Shown: positions 11,129 to 24,945 of the stretch, piece by piece
How positions within the stretch are numbered: the stretch's first letter is position 1
Layout of the letters: each line of letters opens with the position of its first letter
Assembly: GCA_040285855.1 (NCBI GenBank)
Contig: JAUFOQ010000005.1
Span: 310,001 to 374,000, forward strand
DNA: 64,000 nucleotides
Source: Eukaryota sp. GEM-RC1
Lineage: Eukaryota
Reading direction: 5' to 3'
The notes under the pieces: model-generated
Told to the model about the DNA's origin: nothing
What the model saw: only the letters and a program-made list of their open reading frames with translations
Database searches by the model: none
Made by a program: the position numbers and the translations under genes

Positions 11129-14100
11129 TTAAAACAAATTATCAAACGAACTACCTAATTCCGAAAAGTAGTTGCCTCCAAACAACTTGGACAAAATGGA
11201 ATCAACATATCTATACATAGACCTAAAAATCGAAAAAGCAAATTTACTCTTCCAGTACGATCTGTTAAACTTCTTGCCAAGTTCTGAACACAAATTTTCA
11301 AATAAACTTAAAAACTCCTTGGTAGAAGAACCGAAATTTCCGTACAATGAAACTGCAAAAGGCTGAAAGACGATATTATTGTGTCTTCGTGAATTCAATG
11401 CAGCAACTTGATGTCCATACTTAGACACTTTGGCGTTCTCAGCGTCTTTCAGCGGATCATTTGAGGGATTCAAAATGTTGGCAATAGCTGAAGCTTTGCA
11501 AGGATCAACGGTCGTAAAATCAACAACAATTTCTTGGCATGACAACCAAGGGCCAATAAAATCACCACGTTTCTGAGTAGAATCAGGGTGATCTGAAAGA
11601 TGAGAAAGTAATGGTTCGACTTTGCCATGGAAACCATTTGCCTTAAACATTTCCAAACATGTATCTCGAAGACTGTTGTGCAAAATTGAACGACAATATA
11701 TGAACTTTGAACAATTGACCAAATGATGAAAGCTAGCCTTATGTTTGTTTTTACAGATACACGTGCTGTTCTGTAACAAACCAAATGGCCAAAAACCTAA
11801 ACGAAGTCTCATGTTAACAAGCCATTCATGATCTTTTAGATTAAAAATAAATCTCCCTGGCAATTGAGTAATGAAAGTAGATGCTGAATCACTACTCATG
11901 TCTTGTAAAAATGCACAGAAAGCGGGACTTTTAACTTTAGCCAAGCTAATGCAGTTAGTATAGTCCAAGCTCTCATGGAAAGATACAAATTTCTTCTGAA
12001 ATTTTCTAACACCAAGAGGAAGGGAAAAAAGCGTACGTTGAGGTGTTTCCGTCACAGATGCAGGGAACAAGGATTCCCAAACATCAGGGTTCATACCATC
12101 TACAAGATTTTGAAGTGATATAAGCCATTGACAAGGCGAATATCGAATGAGATCTTCATTAGACCAAAGTAAGGGATAACGTAACTTAAATTCATATAGC
12201 AGATTCTTCAAACATCCTAAAAAGGCACCTTCACGCATATAACGAGCCTTGGAAAACCAATTCCACCAAATCTCACAGCAGCAAATGAATGACGATGAAT
12301 GGAAAGCTTTTTCGACTCTACCAGCTCTGACAAAAACTCTGTTCTCAGAGCGTTAAAACGACGAGAAAGGTCTACCGTAAGCTCAGGAGGTAACCCACGT
12401 AAAAAATGATTGACTTTACCTGCAAAACAAACTTGCAAAGTGGCAAAGGATACTTGTTTACCTACATTCAAATCTAACACATTTCTCAACTTTTGATCAA
12501 GAGAATCAATCTTCTTCTCCAGCATACTCACAATTTGAGAGGAATTGCCAATAAAGTTTCCAAGAAACTTGATACAATCAGAAGAATAATTAATAAAAGG
12601 AATAGCAACACCTTCATGCAAAACAGTGTCATCCACCCGACCAATAACAACACATTTGCTCAAATTGATTGTCAAACCAATTTGACCAGAAAGATCAACA
12701 AATCGAGCAAAACTTGGTTTCCAAAGTATGCATTTTGCCAACCAAAGAAGTATCATCAGCATACGAATTAATCATTATACCTGGAAACTCACTATGGAAA
12801 ACTCGTAACACTTTCTGCAAAGGCAAACAAAAAAGAAAAAGGGCCAAGAGGATCACCTTGCTTCACACCACGAGACGATTTCAAACAAAATTCGTTAAAA
12901 ATCAAATCAGTAGGACTCCCATAAAACGCTTCAAAATATGGAACAAGTTCAGGAAAATGCTCCACCAGTTGATCATAAATTGCAGATCTAAAAACACAAT
13001 TAAAAGCATTCTTGTAATCAACGTTTAACACAAAATTATCAACATCATCATTCAAAAATAGATCAGTTGTTAGACAAGCACAATTAGTGCCATCCACAAT
13101 TCCAATTCCATATTGAAATGGTCGAAAGAATTCAATCGCCTTCGATTTGATTCTACCAAAACAGATCGATGCTAACAATCTTGAAATACATTCACCAATA
13201 GCGATTGGTCTAACGCCACCACCAGGCTTATCTAAAACAACTAACCGACTAGTCTTTAAATCATCAGGACATTTTGCTGGATTCAACATTACAAGATTGA
13301 AAAAACAGCTAAATCATCAGCAATTTCAGGGCAATGATTGACACATAACTTTAAATGGTCGAAGCTAAGACCAGAAGGACCAGCTGCTTTTCCAGATCTT
13401 GATTTATGAATTGCAAGTAAAACTTCCTCAGAGCTTATGGGTGAATCAATCCAATAATTGGAAGTATTACTTGAATAGTTTAAAGGTTCTTCAAGAGGAT
13501 GCAACAGTTCAAGTTTGTGAACAGTATCAATACTGTTCTCAGCAATGGAGGTTCCATCCAAAACAGATAAAGCCGAAGAGAACTGGCCCCTAAAAACAAG
13601 AGATCTGAAGAGACTACGTTTGGTTTTATCCGAATTAGATGACGAGGAAACAGACTTGTTTCTGACCTTCTTTGCTCGGGAAAGAAAATAACGCCAAAGA
13701 GGAGAGGGATGCCACAAACCCTTACGTAAAGGATAAGTAATTGCTCTAACAGCAGAAACTAAAGAAGAACCCACAGAGGGATGAATGGATAGAGGAATTG
13801 GCAAAGGAGGACGAACAGGGTCAGAGGGAGTACAAGACACACAGCATAGCAGGGGTCTGCCAGCAGAGTTTTTCCCCAGAGCATTAGACCGACAAAAGGA
13901 CAAATGGGAGCAGAAACACCAGAAGAAAGTAAGGAGGGAGAATCAGCAGAAGTAGCATCAAAGAGCGGAACATCGGAAGCAAGCAGATGCTCATGTGACT
14001 TAGACAAAGAAAGAGCTCTATCATCCATGTTTTTCGAGCAGGGCAGTTTCGCTTATCGTGACATGTTGACGAGCAAACACTACACTTTCTAGGTAAACGA

Positions 14101-14156
14101 CGGAAGCCTGCCTTTTTAGGAGGAGGCTTGGCAGGTTTTGACAAAATTGAGACCAT
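11129..14156 (-). mobile_element. Near full-length CRE-clade-like non-LTR retrotransposon ORF (Zn knuckle, RT, CCHC, REL endonuclease), left-arm copy
   Basis: GKAAGPSG, GGGVRPIAIGE, DYKNAFN, GVKQGDPLGP, YADD (gtatcatcagcatac at about 12750), GLTINLSKC, CxC..H...C, HNSLRD, RGD...VDFT...AENAKVSKY and FQPFAV. Confidence 0.93.
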
Positions 14157-15288
14157 GGAACAGGAAGCAAAAAAAAAACATGTACAGTACTTCAATTTTG
14201 TATGTACAATGGCTTCAGAATATTTGTTTTAAGCTCTCGTTAAGTTGTACGTGACACATACGTTTTGGATACAAAATCAAAACAATGTAGCACGTGATTT
14301 ATGTTCAGACGATCCCCATCTCCGTTGAGGAAAGAAATATATTCGTTGAACACGTTTACCATAGACGAATGGGACAAATTTGTCCGAAAACCTAGTTAGT
14401 GTGGCCACACTAGTTTACAAACGTCTTAGTTTCCACGTATATGGCATCAAAACTACACCACAACAGATTACACGTGGTCAAATACTGACCATTTTAATTC
14501 AGATACTTGGTTCAGATACCTGTATTAATGATGCAACACATTGGAAAATACAGTGATCTAATACCAATTTTGTGTTATTTTCTACTTCTATAGCGTTCGA
14601 GAGATCTTTTGGTATTATTCATGACAAACGAAGAACTCGTTTTACTGCTGAAACAACCAATTGTCAATTGTTGACACATCATATTTTACGATTGTTAAGA
14701 ATTAACACTGATGTTAAGTGGCTTCCAGAATATTGTACTGATGACGGTGATACAGAACACACATTTGCGCAGTAAGTTTCATTAAAAATTGATTCTAAAA
14801 TGGTTGTTCAAAATCAATAAACAACAAAGGATCAACATGTGAATGCAGATACTGAAGTTGATGTAGTAGGTAGACGTTGACTACGGAAATGGATATGATC
14901 GTTTATGACGTTTGGTGAAATATTATTAAATGAAATTACAATCTAGCTTGTAATCCTCCTAATTTTCTTACACAGTGTAAATCTTCAGATATTGACAGTA
15001 ATTTGATTACTTCTAATGATCTACCGACAGTTTCAATTTGCGCACATCAATTTCCTGCATGACACAATAATAGTGCCTTACAACGTTTGACGGTATTGTT
15101 GCACGGAAACGTTGATTCTTGTTACAAGGAATTTCTAAATTTGTTCGGAAACATGTGTTCAGATTTTGAGAGTAAATTTGCAGAGAAATTTTGCTCCTAA
15201 AATGAAAATCATCTTCCGTGGCGATTTCCACAGAACACCAAGTTTCATAGAAAGAATCCTCAATAAATAAGATGATGTGTCTGCAAAA

Positions 15289-18200
15289 CTAATCTTGATC
15301 AAAATACTTGGTATATCTTTGAAATCGATCCTGAAAATGAATTACCCCATCAACAAAATTAATTGAGTGACGATAAATAGTACACTCTTCACAACAATTA
15401 GTCTGAATTCAAAATTAGTCTGAATCACTTATTAGTCTGAATCAGACTAATTATTGTTTGACCGCTTTAGGAGTGTCCAATATTTTTGAGTAAAATTGTG
15501 TTGTAAATCCCTTTTTTATTTTTCTTCCTAGACACTTTGGTTGAATTGCCCTATACAGCCCGTGTCATCCATTATTGGCACTTGCATGAAAGACGATTCG
15601 GTCACTAATGAATTTTAAAGAGGCAATTTAATGGCCGATCAGTCCTGTTTCTGAATATCTTCGGTTTTATACCTCTAGTTAAGGTACCAACAACGATCCT
15701 GATGTAATACATAACAATTATGAAGACATAACATGATTTCATGATCAAGATAGTTTTTGTGGTTGGGATATTCATTCAGACTAAATATGAATATTCATAA
15801 TTACTCTGATTCAGACTAATTTTCCCAGTCATTAATTAGTCTGAATCACTAATTACTCTGAATCAGACTAATTATTGTTTGGTACTGTTTCAATGGACAT
15901 TCATAATTAGTCTGATTCAGACTAATTGTTGTGAAGAGTGTAATTACATGTAATGATCTAGATTTTTGAGCAGAAATAAGTTCAACAACAGTCAAGAGAT
16001 TTTCAAACGAAATAGGAAGGTAACCGAATGTGACCTTTTTAAACCGACATTTTCTTGCAGTGCTTTCATAATTTCCCAAAAACCATTAGTACATACACAG
16101 TCATCAAAGTCAATGGAAACCAACAAGTTATTGGTTTTGATTATATCACATAAAGCAGTGATTGCATCATCATAAAAACAACCTCTTTTTAGAGTAAGCT
16201 CTTTGATACTAAAAGACTTCAAAAACGCTGTAAAGACGAGACTTCTTTAGCAGTTCTTTCAGTCAAACATTCATGTGAAAACCAAAACACACCATTTTCA
16301 AGGTCAAGATAATGAGGAGAAAGACTAATATTCAACACTGATCTGTTAATAGTTAGAATTCGAGATACAATAAAAAGTCCTTCTATTCTTAGACTTTGGA
16401 ATCCATGATGACAGATCACATACTTGATAGGGACATTTGATTTTAAAGCATTTAAAACAACCACCAAACTATCGTTTTCAAACTCATTTTCATAACGAAT
16501 ACCACCATGGGCAAAATCAAAGAGATGAGGAGAAACTTGAATATTTGGGGTTAATTTTTTAGCCGCAACCAGCTCAAAAATAGCCATAAGAGTTTTGAAT
16601 CTCATTGAGCTATGATTGAGATTGACTTTACTTAAATGAGTGTTCAATTGAAAAGCATTGATTAATTTCAAGAAGTCGTCTGAAGAAAGTGAAGTATTCC
16701 AGATGTAAACGTCATTGGAACCATCCCTTGTTTGTGTTTCAGCTTTTCCAATGTAACTGAAGTCAACGGAAGTTAATGAATTATTGTCCCTAATTAAATC
16801 AGACAAAGCACAAATTGATTCAGTAGTAAAACTACATTTTTTAAGAGTGAGCACCTTAATACTAAAACACTGCAAAAAACACTTTAAAGATGAGAATTCT
16901 TCAGTAGAAACTTGAGTCGTTGTTTCCGGCGCAAAATTAAACACACCATTTTCAACGTCAATAATATGAGGAGAAACATCAACACTAATCATTGAGTTGT
17001 TAATAAAAAGAATTTCAAATAAAGCAATAAGTCCTTCCAGATTTGGACTTTTGAACCCAGGACATTCAACACTTTTAATAGGAACGTTGGACTTAAGAGC
17101 ATTAAGAAGTGAAAGTAAATCATCATTGTCAACTAAATTTTGAAAAGTAATTGAACCAAGAACAAAATCAATAGATTGTTTAGAAATTTGAATACTAGCA
17201 ATTGAATTGTGAGATACAAAAGGTCAAAGATATTTAAAAGTCTTTTAAAGTTAATGTCATTTACGCTCAGATTGACTGTTTTTAAAGAAGAAACAAATCG
17301 AAGTGAATTTAGTAAGTCAACGAAATCCTGATTAGAAAGTCTACTGTGACTGAAGTCAACAGAAGTCAATGAACTTTGATTGATTCGTATTATATCACAC
17401 AACACAGTGTTAACTTCTTGGGTAAAATGACATTTTCTAATAGTAAGATTTTTGATACTAAAGCACTCCAACAAAGTTCGAATAGATGATATACCCTCAG
17501 CATTTAGTCGTGTAGAATGTAGTGGCGAAAAGCAAAACACACCGTTTTGAACGTCAATAATATGAGGACAAATTTTAACAAATATCACAGATTTGTTATT
17601 TGAAACAATTTTAAATAATGCAATAAATTCTTCTGAACTGGAACTTTTCAAACCAAGACAGTCAAAACGTTTAATGGGAACTTTTGATTGTAAAGCGTTT
17701 AAAAATGAAATTAATTCAGAGTGGTGGAGCTTATTATCATAACGGATAGTACCGTGATCAAAATCAATCAAGTGGGGAGAAACTTGAATATTTGGTGTTA
17801 ATTTGTCAGATGAAATTAGTTCAAAAATCTTCAGAAGGTCATCAAATCCGATTAAATTATTGATAACATTTATTTTTGTTAAATTGGAGTTGGACGACAG
17901 TGCACTGATTATCGAACAATTGCGGTCAGAAGAATTATGAGAACTTTGGTCAAACAAATTACAATCACTAAAGTCAACAGAAGTCAACGAGTTACTCCCA
18001 GTAATTAAATCACACAAATCAGGGATTGTGTCGACAGTAAAACGACATCTTTTGAGAGTAAGCCCTTGGATACTAAAACAATTCAATAAATACTGTAAAT
18101 AAGAAACTTCTTCAGCAGACAGTTGGTGGAACTTTTGTGGAGTAAAACAAAACAAACGATTTTTGATGTCAAAACTATGAGGAAAAATATCAACATCTAC

Positions 18201-20738
18201 TATAGACTCGTAACAGGAAAGAATTTCAAATAAAATAATGAGTCCTTGTAGAGTTGGACTTTTGAACCCACGACATTCAACACGTTTAATAGGAATATTT
18301 GATTTTAGAGCATCAAGAAGTGAAAGTAAATCATCATTGTCAACTAAATTTTGATATCGAATAGAACCACGAAAAAAATCAAATGAATGAGGAGAAACTT
18401 GAATGTTTGGTGTTAATTTTGCAGTTGAAACCAGTTCAAAAATGGTCAAAATAGTCAGTAATTTAACTGAAGTATGGCTAAGATTAATTTGTTTTAAATC
18501 GGAGTTGGACTGAAATGCATCTATCAATTTCAAGAGATGTTCATCATGAAGATTGGTAGAATAACAACGCGCAAGGTCAGAAACGTAAATTTCAATAGAA
18601 CTGAAGTCAACAGATTTCAACGAGTTATTGTCCCTAATTAGATCGCACAAAGCAGGTATTGTTTTGGTAGTAAATCGACATCGTTCAAGAGTAAGCTCAT
18701 TGATACTAAAAGATTTCAAAAAAATTGTAAAGAAGATACTTCATTGGCAGTTATTAATGTAGATTTTTCTGGAGAAAAACAAAGTATACCATTTTCAATG
18801 TCAATAGAATGAGGACAAACAATAATATTTGAAGTCAATTTGTAAGTTGAAACCAGTTCAAAAATAATCAATAGATTGAAGAACCCAATAGAATTATTAC
18901 TGAGATTGATTTTGTTCAAATGAGAATTGGATTGAAGTGCATTGATCACTTTCAAGAAATCGTCATCAGACAGCGGAATATCGGTGAAACATGGACCTTC
19001 TTCATCGTCGGAGTCGTAGCGGTAATTTGACTTATAGAGACCAATGCAACTAAAGTCAACAGAGGTCAGTGAAACACTGGATATTAGTATAGCACACAAA
19101 GCAGTTATTGCATCACCAGTAAAACCACAATTCTTAAGGGTAAGCTCTTTGAAACTCGAAGCCTCCAAATAACACTGAAGAAAAGTGATTTCTTTTATGG
19201 TTATTTTGGTAAAACTTTGTGGTAGAAAACAAAACCAAGCACGTTCCATGTCAATAATATGAGGAGAAATATCAACAAGTGATCGTAGTTTAAGATAATA
19301 CAAAGTTTCGAACACTATCAAGAGTGAAGTTAAATCTAATCGTAAATCAGAGAAGTTAACGATTTTCAGTCCAGAATTGCTGTTCAACGCTTGAACAATG
19401 TTCAGAAATTGTTCACAATTGACAACCGAAGTATGGAAACGGCAGTGTGGTGAGGTGGCAAGATAGTGAGCGAATGAATCTGATAAGGAATATGTGTCCA
19501 TTGACTCAAAAGTCGATGATAAGAATATAAAACACGACCAAATTTCGAGTTTCTTTAATGCTGTGTTAAAATTTAAAGCTTCCATAAGATCTTTAGAACT
19601 GAATGTTGCAACTTCCAGAATCAAATGTTCCAGACTGGAATTGTACTTCAGACAACTAATCACAGTAAGATAGAGTTAACAATCAAAAAAGATTGAAGGA
19701 AATGTAATTTTTTTAATACTGGAACTGTTCAAAAGTGGTAGAAGAACATTATAATCTGATAATTGATCAATATCATACAACATCAGATTATATAAATCAA
19801 TTGTTTCAATTACTGAATTACTTGAAATGGCAGTAAACAGAATAGGAGAATCATCTGAAAGTGACACCGAAGAAGTTAAGGAAAGTGTTTTCAACGTTTT
19901 ACTTGAACAAAATACTTTTGCAAGTGCATGAATTTCAGAGTTAGAATGATATCCAATATCCAAATTCAATTGTACAACAGAAGTATTAATCAATAAAGAA
20001 TTACAAAAGGAAATAAACGAATTTGGAGTTGAACAGCTATAAACGATATCTTAAACGGGGCAGGAAAAAGGAGAAGATCGATCAAGCAACTGATCAAAAC
20101 TAGTATCATTACCAATCAATTTTATACGAGATACAGTTGCTGTCAGCTCAAGAATTTCGTCAACTTTAAAGGATGGGTATATAGACAGGAAGATAGATTG
20201 AACGTTTGCTCCAAGAACAGAATTGATTGATGAAAGTAAAGGCAGATCATCACCGAAAGAACTTCCGGAAACTGTTGGAAGAGTGTTTGTTTCCAAGAAA
20301 ACCCTAACTGCCGATAACACAGAATCAAAGAATCTTTGACTAACGTAGCCAACTGTGTGAAAGAAAGAGTTGACTTTTTGAGGAACCAACAGAGGTTACT
20401 ACAGGAATGATAGTCTTCTATATCAAAAGACTGAAAGAGGCGTCGGAGATGATGAGAATGTACGAGGATCAGCAAGGATTGTTGCAAGTAGAGATGATGG
20501 GGGGAATATTCATGAATGAGTGACGGCAATACTGTCATTACGGATGGTGAGGGATGGATGTCATGCTGGGTAGATGGTACGATACACATATCATCACACA
20601 CTGATGGAGTGTCGTCTGAGGACTAGTCTTCATTGGGGGTTGAGTCATGGATAAAACTACTGCTAGTGGATAAAAGCTGTAGATAATATCACATTCAGTC
20701 TTCAAATCATTTTCATGCCAAACATTGTCCACCATCAT
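15289..20738 (-). CDS. Large RNI-like leucine-rich-repeat protein, 5'-complete copy; broken by frameshifts, one in-frame TAA and a MITE (possible pseudogene; start uncertain)
   Basis: Consecutive ORFs from 20538..20738 down to 15849..16079 repeat the units LTLxxCxFxxxxIxALCDLIxxNxSLxSVDFS and SPHxIDxENGxFxFxP. Confidence 0.82.
15383..15940. mobile_element. Tc1/mariner-type MITE, 558 bp, with 26-bp perfect TIR CACTCTTCACAACAATTAGTCTGAAT and TA duplication
   Basis: TA at 15381-82 and 15941-42. Multiple subterminal ATTAGTCTGA(A/T)T copies forming palindromes. Confidence 0.92.
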
Positions 20739-21838
20739 ATCAATTTCTTACGAATCATCTCTCGAGTAGAGTAAGTGGGGTCAAACTGCCTCGATTCGAA
20801 TCTCATTAGTCTGATTCAGATCAAATTGCAACACCCTACATATTCTTACAACCCTAAGCTACATGTAATGTGCAATGTCTACAACAATAACATAAAAGCA
20901 TTTTGAAGACAATTAAATTCATTTTGTGATAACACGTTTCGAGATAAACGAAACACTTTACTTCGATTCCCTCTATCTACTCACCCTGATGGTATAACAG
21001 TTAGAGAATTACCCAGAGCCTACTCGTGTACTTCTTAAGCATATGATGAATGGGATTTGTATCAAATTACCCACGGGATACACACAGAAGGAGTACAAAT
21101 CTGTCTGTTTGAAGGAATGGATGTCATTCCTGAATTGACGCAACGTACATTCCAACTGTACAGTTCTAGATCAACGCAACAAAGAGTTCGGTTACTGGGC
21201 ATACTCTCATCTGGTGATCATTCAATAGCCAAATGAACACTACTGTTAGTTCTGATTCAATTTCGAAGAACAAGAAAGCTGTTCGATACAAGGTAAATAT
21301 CAAAAGATACGAAAGCAGCATTGGGGTGACGTGTAATGGTGTTGCAATAAGGATGCTGCAGATTATGATCGTTCTTAAATCGCCGTAATAGAAAACGATT
21401 TTCAGTTTTATCCAATTTGTCAGTCACTGAATTTACTATTAGGGTCTTCTTCATGATGTTGGACTTACCACGAAATTTTCCGTCATGGTTATTCGATTGC
21501 TACTAACAAATTATGCAAATTTATTAATACTGGTACATGAACTAAAGAAAATTCAATTACTCGCACAGAAACAACATTACAAACTCTACATCAAAAAAGC
21601 ATTCGGTTTCTTTTAAATTCGCACTATTATCAACCAACATATGCGAGTTAGAATCAACGATTTTCACACTATGATTGGGACCCTTAGCAAGTCTAATTCC
21701 GTCGACACAATAATAGTTGTCTTTTCGACATGTATTTAACCCTCCCAAAGTGGAAGTTACTGAAAGAGGTGTATGACAAGGGCGGTAAGCCCAAAATGTA
21801 TGAGGCGTACAAATTCGAATAGAATGTACGGTTGTTAA

Positions 21839-24065
21839 ATGTTCTATCTTAGTCAAGTAGTTCTTGCCCTTGCTTTCTCCCTCATTATGACATCAACTTG
21901 CCTATTACGCCAGGATCCAGACCTTCTGTCTAAGTTCGACTCCATACTCCCCATCTCAGCTGCTACTACATGTATCAAGAACATCCTGATCTGGGTTATC
22001 GTCTTCTTCTTTATGTTCTGGATAAGTATTAAGATACTAGGTCCAAGTGATTGGACTTCTTATGAACAATCAACTCTTTTCTTTTGTGAATCTGATAGGA
22101 AACATGACTTAATAAGAGATCATTCAGTGTGGTTCTTGATCTTCTTTCCTTTCCTAATCTTGTCTCTCATCTGGAAGGTTTGTCACTTCAATAAGAACAA
22201 TCATTCGGAGACCTTTAGCTGGCTTATTCTGTTACTTCGCCTTGGTGGTAGTGTTCATTGGATGGTGGATATTGAAAGCTACTAGAACTTTGATTGGTGA
22301 ACAACTTACTGGTTTGGGATCTTTACTTACTTCTCTATGGTTTGCTTACTACTCAGTGAATAGAGTTTTAATGCAGAACAAGTGTAATTTCGACACTAGA
22401 ATAGCTCTCTTCTCTATCTTTTGCTGTTTAATTGTCATTCTTCTCCTCTTCTTTGTATTATCAATCAAATCCTGGTGGTTCATCATTGGAGTGGTCTCTG
22501 TATACGTCGTCATTTCTGTCTGTTGTGAGAGCTATCTACAAATGATGGGGAATGGTGGATTCAAACTGTTCACCATCATTTGTGTCATTTTGTTCTTTGG
22601 TTTTGTATGCTGGTTGTTGGGAAACTTCATCTGCATCCCTAATTCTAGTCTTCTGTTCAATCTTTTGTGGAAGATTTCGATCATTATTGTCATCTTCCTT
22701 GTGTGTAAGTTGTTCCTAAGTTTTCCCATACCAGACCATCGAGACTGCCCTTCAAACTTCCTTCCTGTTGATTCTGTGTCACCACCGTTGCCTGAATCGT
22801 TTGCAAACAACCACCTTGTTGCACTTACACTCTTGCATAGGTCATCCACAAGATCTTTAGTTTCAGTAAATAACAGAAATCCTGAACGACGTCATCGGTG
22901 TGATTTTCAAGGTGAGTCTTCGTCTGACGTGTCTTCTCTCGATTATTTTAAAATTTTGAAAACCTTGGCCAGATCTAATCTTACGACTCTTCTTCTTGGC
23001 TATCATCCCATTTATAAGAAAGTTGTAATCAAATCGTATAGTCTTAAATCAAAATCTTTCATGTCTTCCAATGCAATCATGTTGGAAAAAATGAATCAAA
23101 ACGAAGTTTCCATAATGAACCAAGTGAATCACCCAAATATTGTAAGATTATTACATTCCTTTGAAAATGAAGAGAACAACAAACGTTATCTTATACTAGA
23201 GTATGTTCCAGGTGGTGCTCTAGTTTCAGACTCATTTATCACGTGTCAACCTCTACCTGTATCATCTGCCTGGGTGTACTTTCGTGATTTGATTAATGCC
23301 CTGGACTATCTTCATGAACTTAACATTGTCCATAGAGATATCAAACCAAGCAACCTCCTTTCAACTGCTGATGGTCGTGCCAAGCTGTCTGATTTTGGAG
23401 TGTCCATAGATATCACTGCAAACAACCGAAGTTCCTTTGCATTAACTGGATCTTCAGCTTTCCTTGCTCCTGAACTTGTCTCTGGATATATGGATAGAGC
23501 AGGGAAAGCTTCTGATGTTTGGGCAGCTGGAGTGACATTGTACTTTATGGTCTTTGGACGACTTCCTTTCTATGACCAGCAAGTCATGGTTGTTTATCGT
23601 AAAATCTGCCAAGATGAACCTGTTTTCCCCCAGTTTATTGACCCTTTGCTTTTAAATTTGTTACTTTCAATCTTTGACAAGAATCCTAAAACTAGGATAA
23701 CTGCTAATGAATTAATGACTCATCCTTGGATTATCCACGGTCCTTACAATGACTCAATTACTGTAACGGATCCAGAGGTAGTTGGTGAGAGGGAAAAGTT
23801 ATTAAATAGACCAACTCCATCTCTTCAACATGACTCTTCTGTTCATTCATTACTAGAAAAAGCCTTTGCACCACTGTCAATTGACACTTTTTCCTCTTCT
23901 AGAAGTCCTAGTGCCTTTGACCAGGATGACCGTAAGTCTCCTATAGAGAAGTTTGACTTGTATGATTGTCTCTCAGCAAGGTCTATTGCATTTGTCTCGG
24001 ACGTTGATTGGACTGATGGGGAATCAGTTGGTGATTTTGATTCTGATTTTAACCTTGATGTGTAA
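21839..24065 (+). CDS. Multi-transmembrane protein fused to a C-terminal CAMKK-like Ser/Thr kinase domain (one frameshift near 22180-22240)
   Basis: VVIK, NEVSIM, HPNIVRL, HRDIKPSNLL, SDFG, GSSAFLAPE, DVWAAG and GRLPF. Upstream region has about 8 hydrophobic segments across ORFs 21839..22285 and 22242..24065. Confidence 0.9.
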
Positions 24066-24239
24066 GTGTCACTATAAGAAAAGAACAGTGGTGTGCCTAT
24101 TTGTTGTCATTTAGTCCGTAATGAATGAGATAATAAAGTAAATTACTATTGTGTTTATCTTTTCAATGATTTATCATTGTTTTATTTAAATCTTTTGTTT
24201 TTACATATAAGTACTTATCACTATGAAGTTATTGTTTGT

Positions 24240-24945
24240 TACAATTTCTTTTTGGCCTCCTGAAGCGCACTCCATGTCTTTGTCGTCGCTCATCTTGTTC
24301 CAATTTTCATCACCTAGTTAACTTCCATCAGTTCATCTATTTTAGATCTATTGTCCATATTAGCCTTCGTGATACCTGTCTAGAGATGTTTAAAGCTAAT
24401 GGTTTCCATGGAAAGGTTGAACCGCTACTGGCTGGACCAGATCAGCTTAGATTTGATAAGAGTCGTGGTGATTTAATTGCTCCTTGGATTTCGTGTCAAG
24501 AGTTTATTATGGACTTCACTACTGTTGATCCCTGAAATTGTAGTTCAGTCTCTAAAATTTAAGATGGAAATTATTCACCTCTCATGACTGCGGAAAATGG
24601 TAACGGCACAAAATATGGTGACTCACTTGTTAGATTGAATGCTGATACATATAATTGTTTTGTTTTTCAGCCCTTTGCAATGTCACTTTATGGTAATATT
24701 GGTCATTCAGCATAACATTTTTTAGTCTCTTTTGGAAAATGTGTTCAGAGTATGGAAAGGTGTTTAATGCAGGATTTTGGCTATCAAGAATGCCTTTTTC
24801 TTTGTTTCGGTCTATCTTTATATATTTCAATTCTATTTCAGCTATAATGTTTGATTCTAATCAGGTGGAGTTCAGTTCAGACACTTTAACTAGTTTTGGT
24901 TAGTGTACATTGTACGTGGTAAGTTGGCGTCTTCAAATAAAATAG
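24240..24945 (+). mobile_element. 5'-truncated decayed CRE-type retrotransposon (endonuclease region)
   Basis: SLRDTCLEMFKANGFHGKVEPLL and RGDLIAPWISCQEFIMDFTTVDP followed by stops, then FQPFAMSLYGNIG. Confidence 0.9.

Larger units (their letters stand above)
1..19933. repeat. Left arm of a giant (>=19.9 kb) inverted repeat; probably continues beyond the window start
   Basis: Position 1 (caagatgttgatgg...) is the reverse complement of ...ccatcaacatcttg ending at 48283. The ORF track is mirrored throughout (e.g. 887..1102+ vs 47182..47397-, 18716..19663- vs 28630..29577+). Identity stops after caagtgcatgaat (19933). Confidence 0.97.

Noticed and set aside
15383..15940. Palindromic repeats resembling a CRISPR array
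   Set aside because: Irregular spacing, no constant-length spacers, no cas genes; fully explained as MITE subterminal repeats.
21557..21856. YYCVDG...GPNHS resembling a SET-domain motif
   Set aside because: Short, lacks the other SET motifs; cannot be supported.
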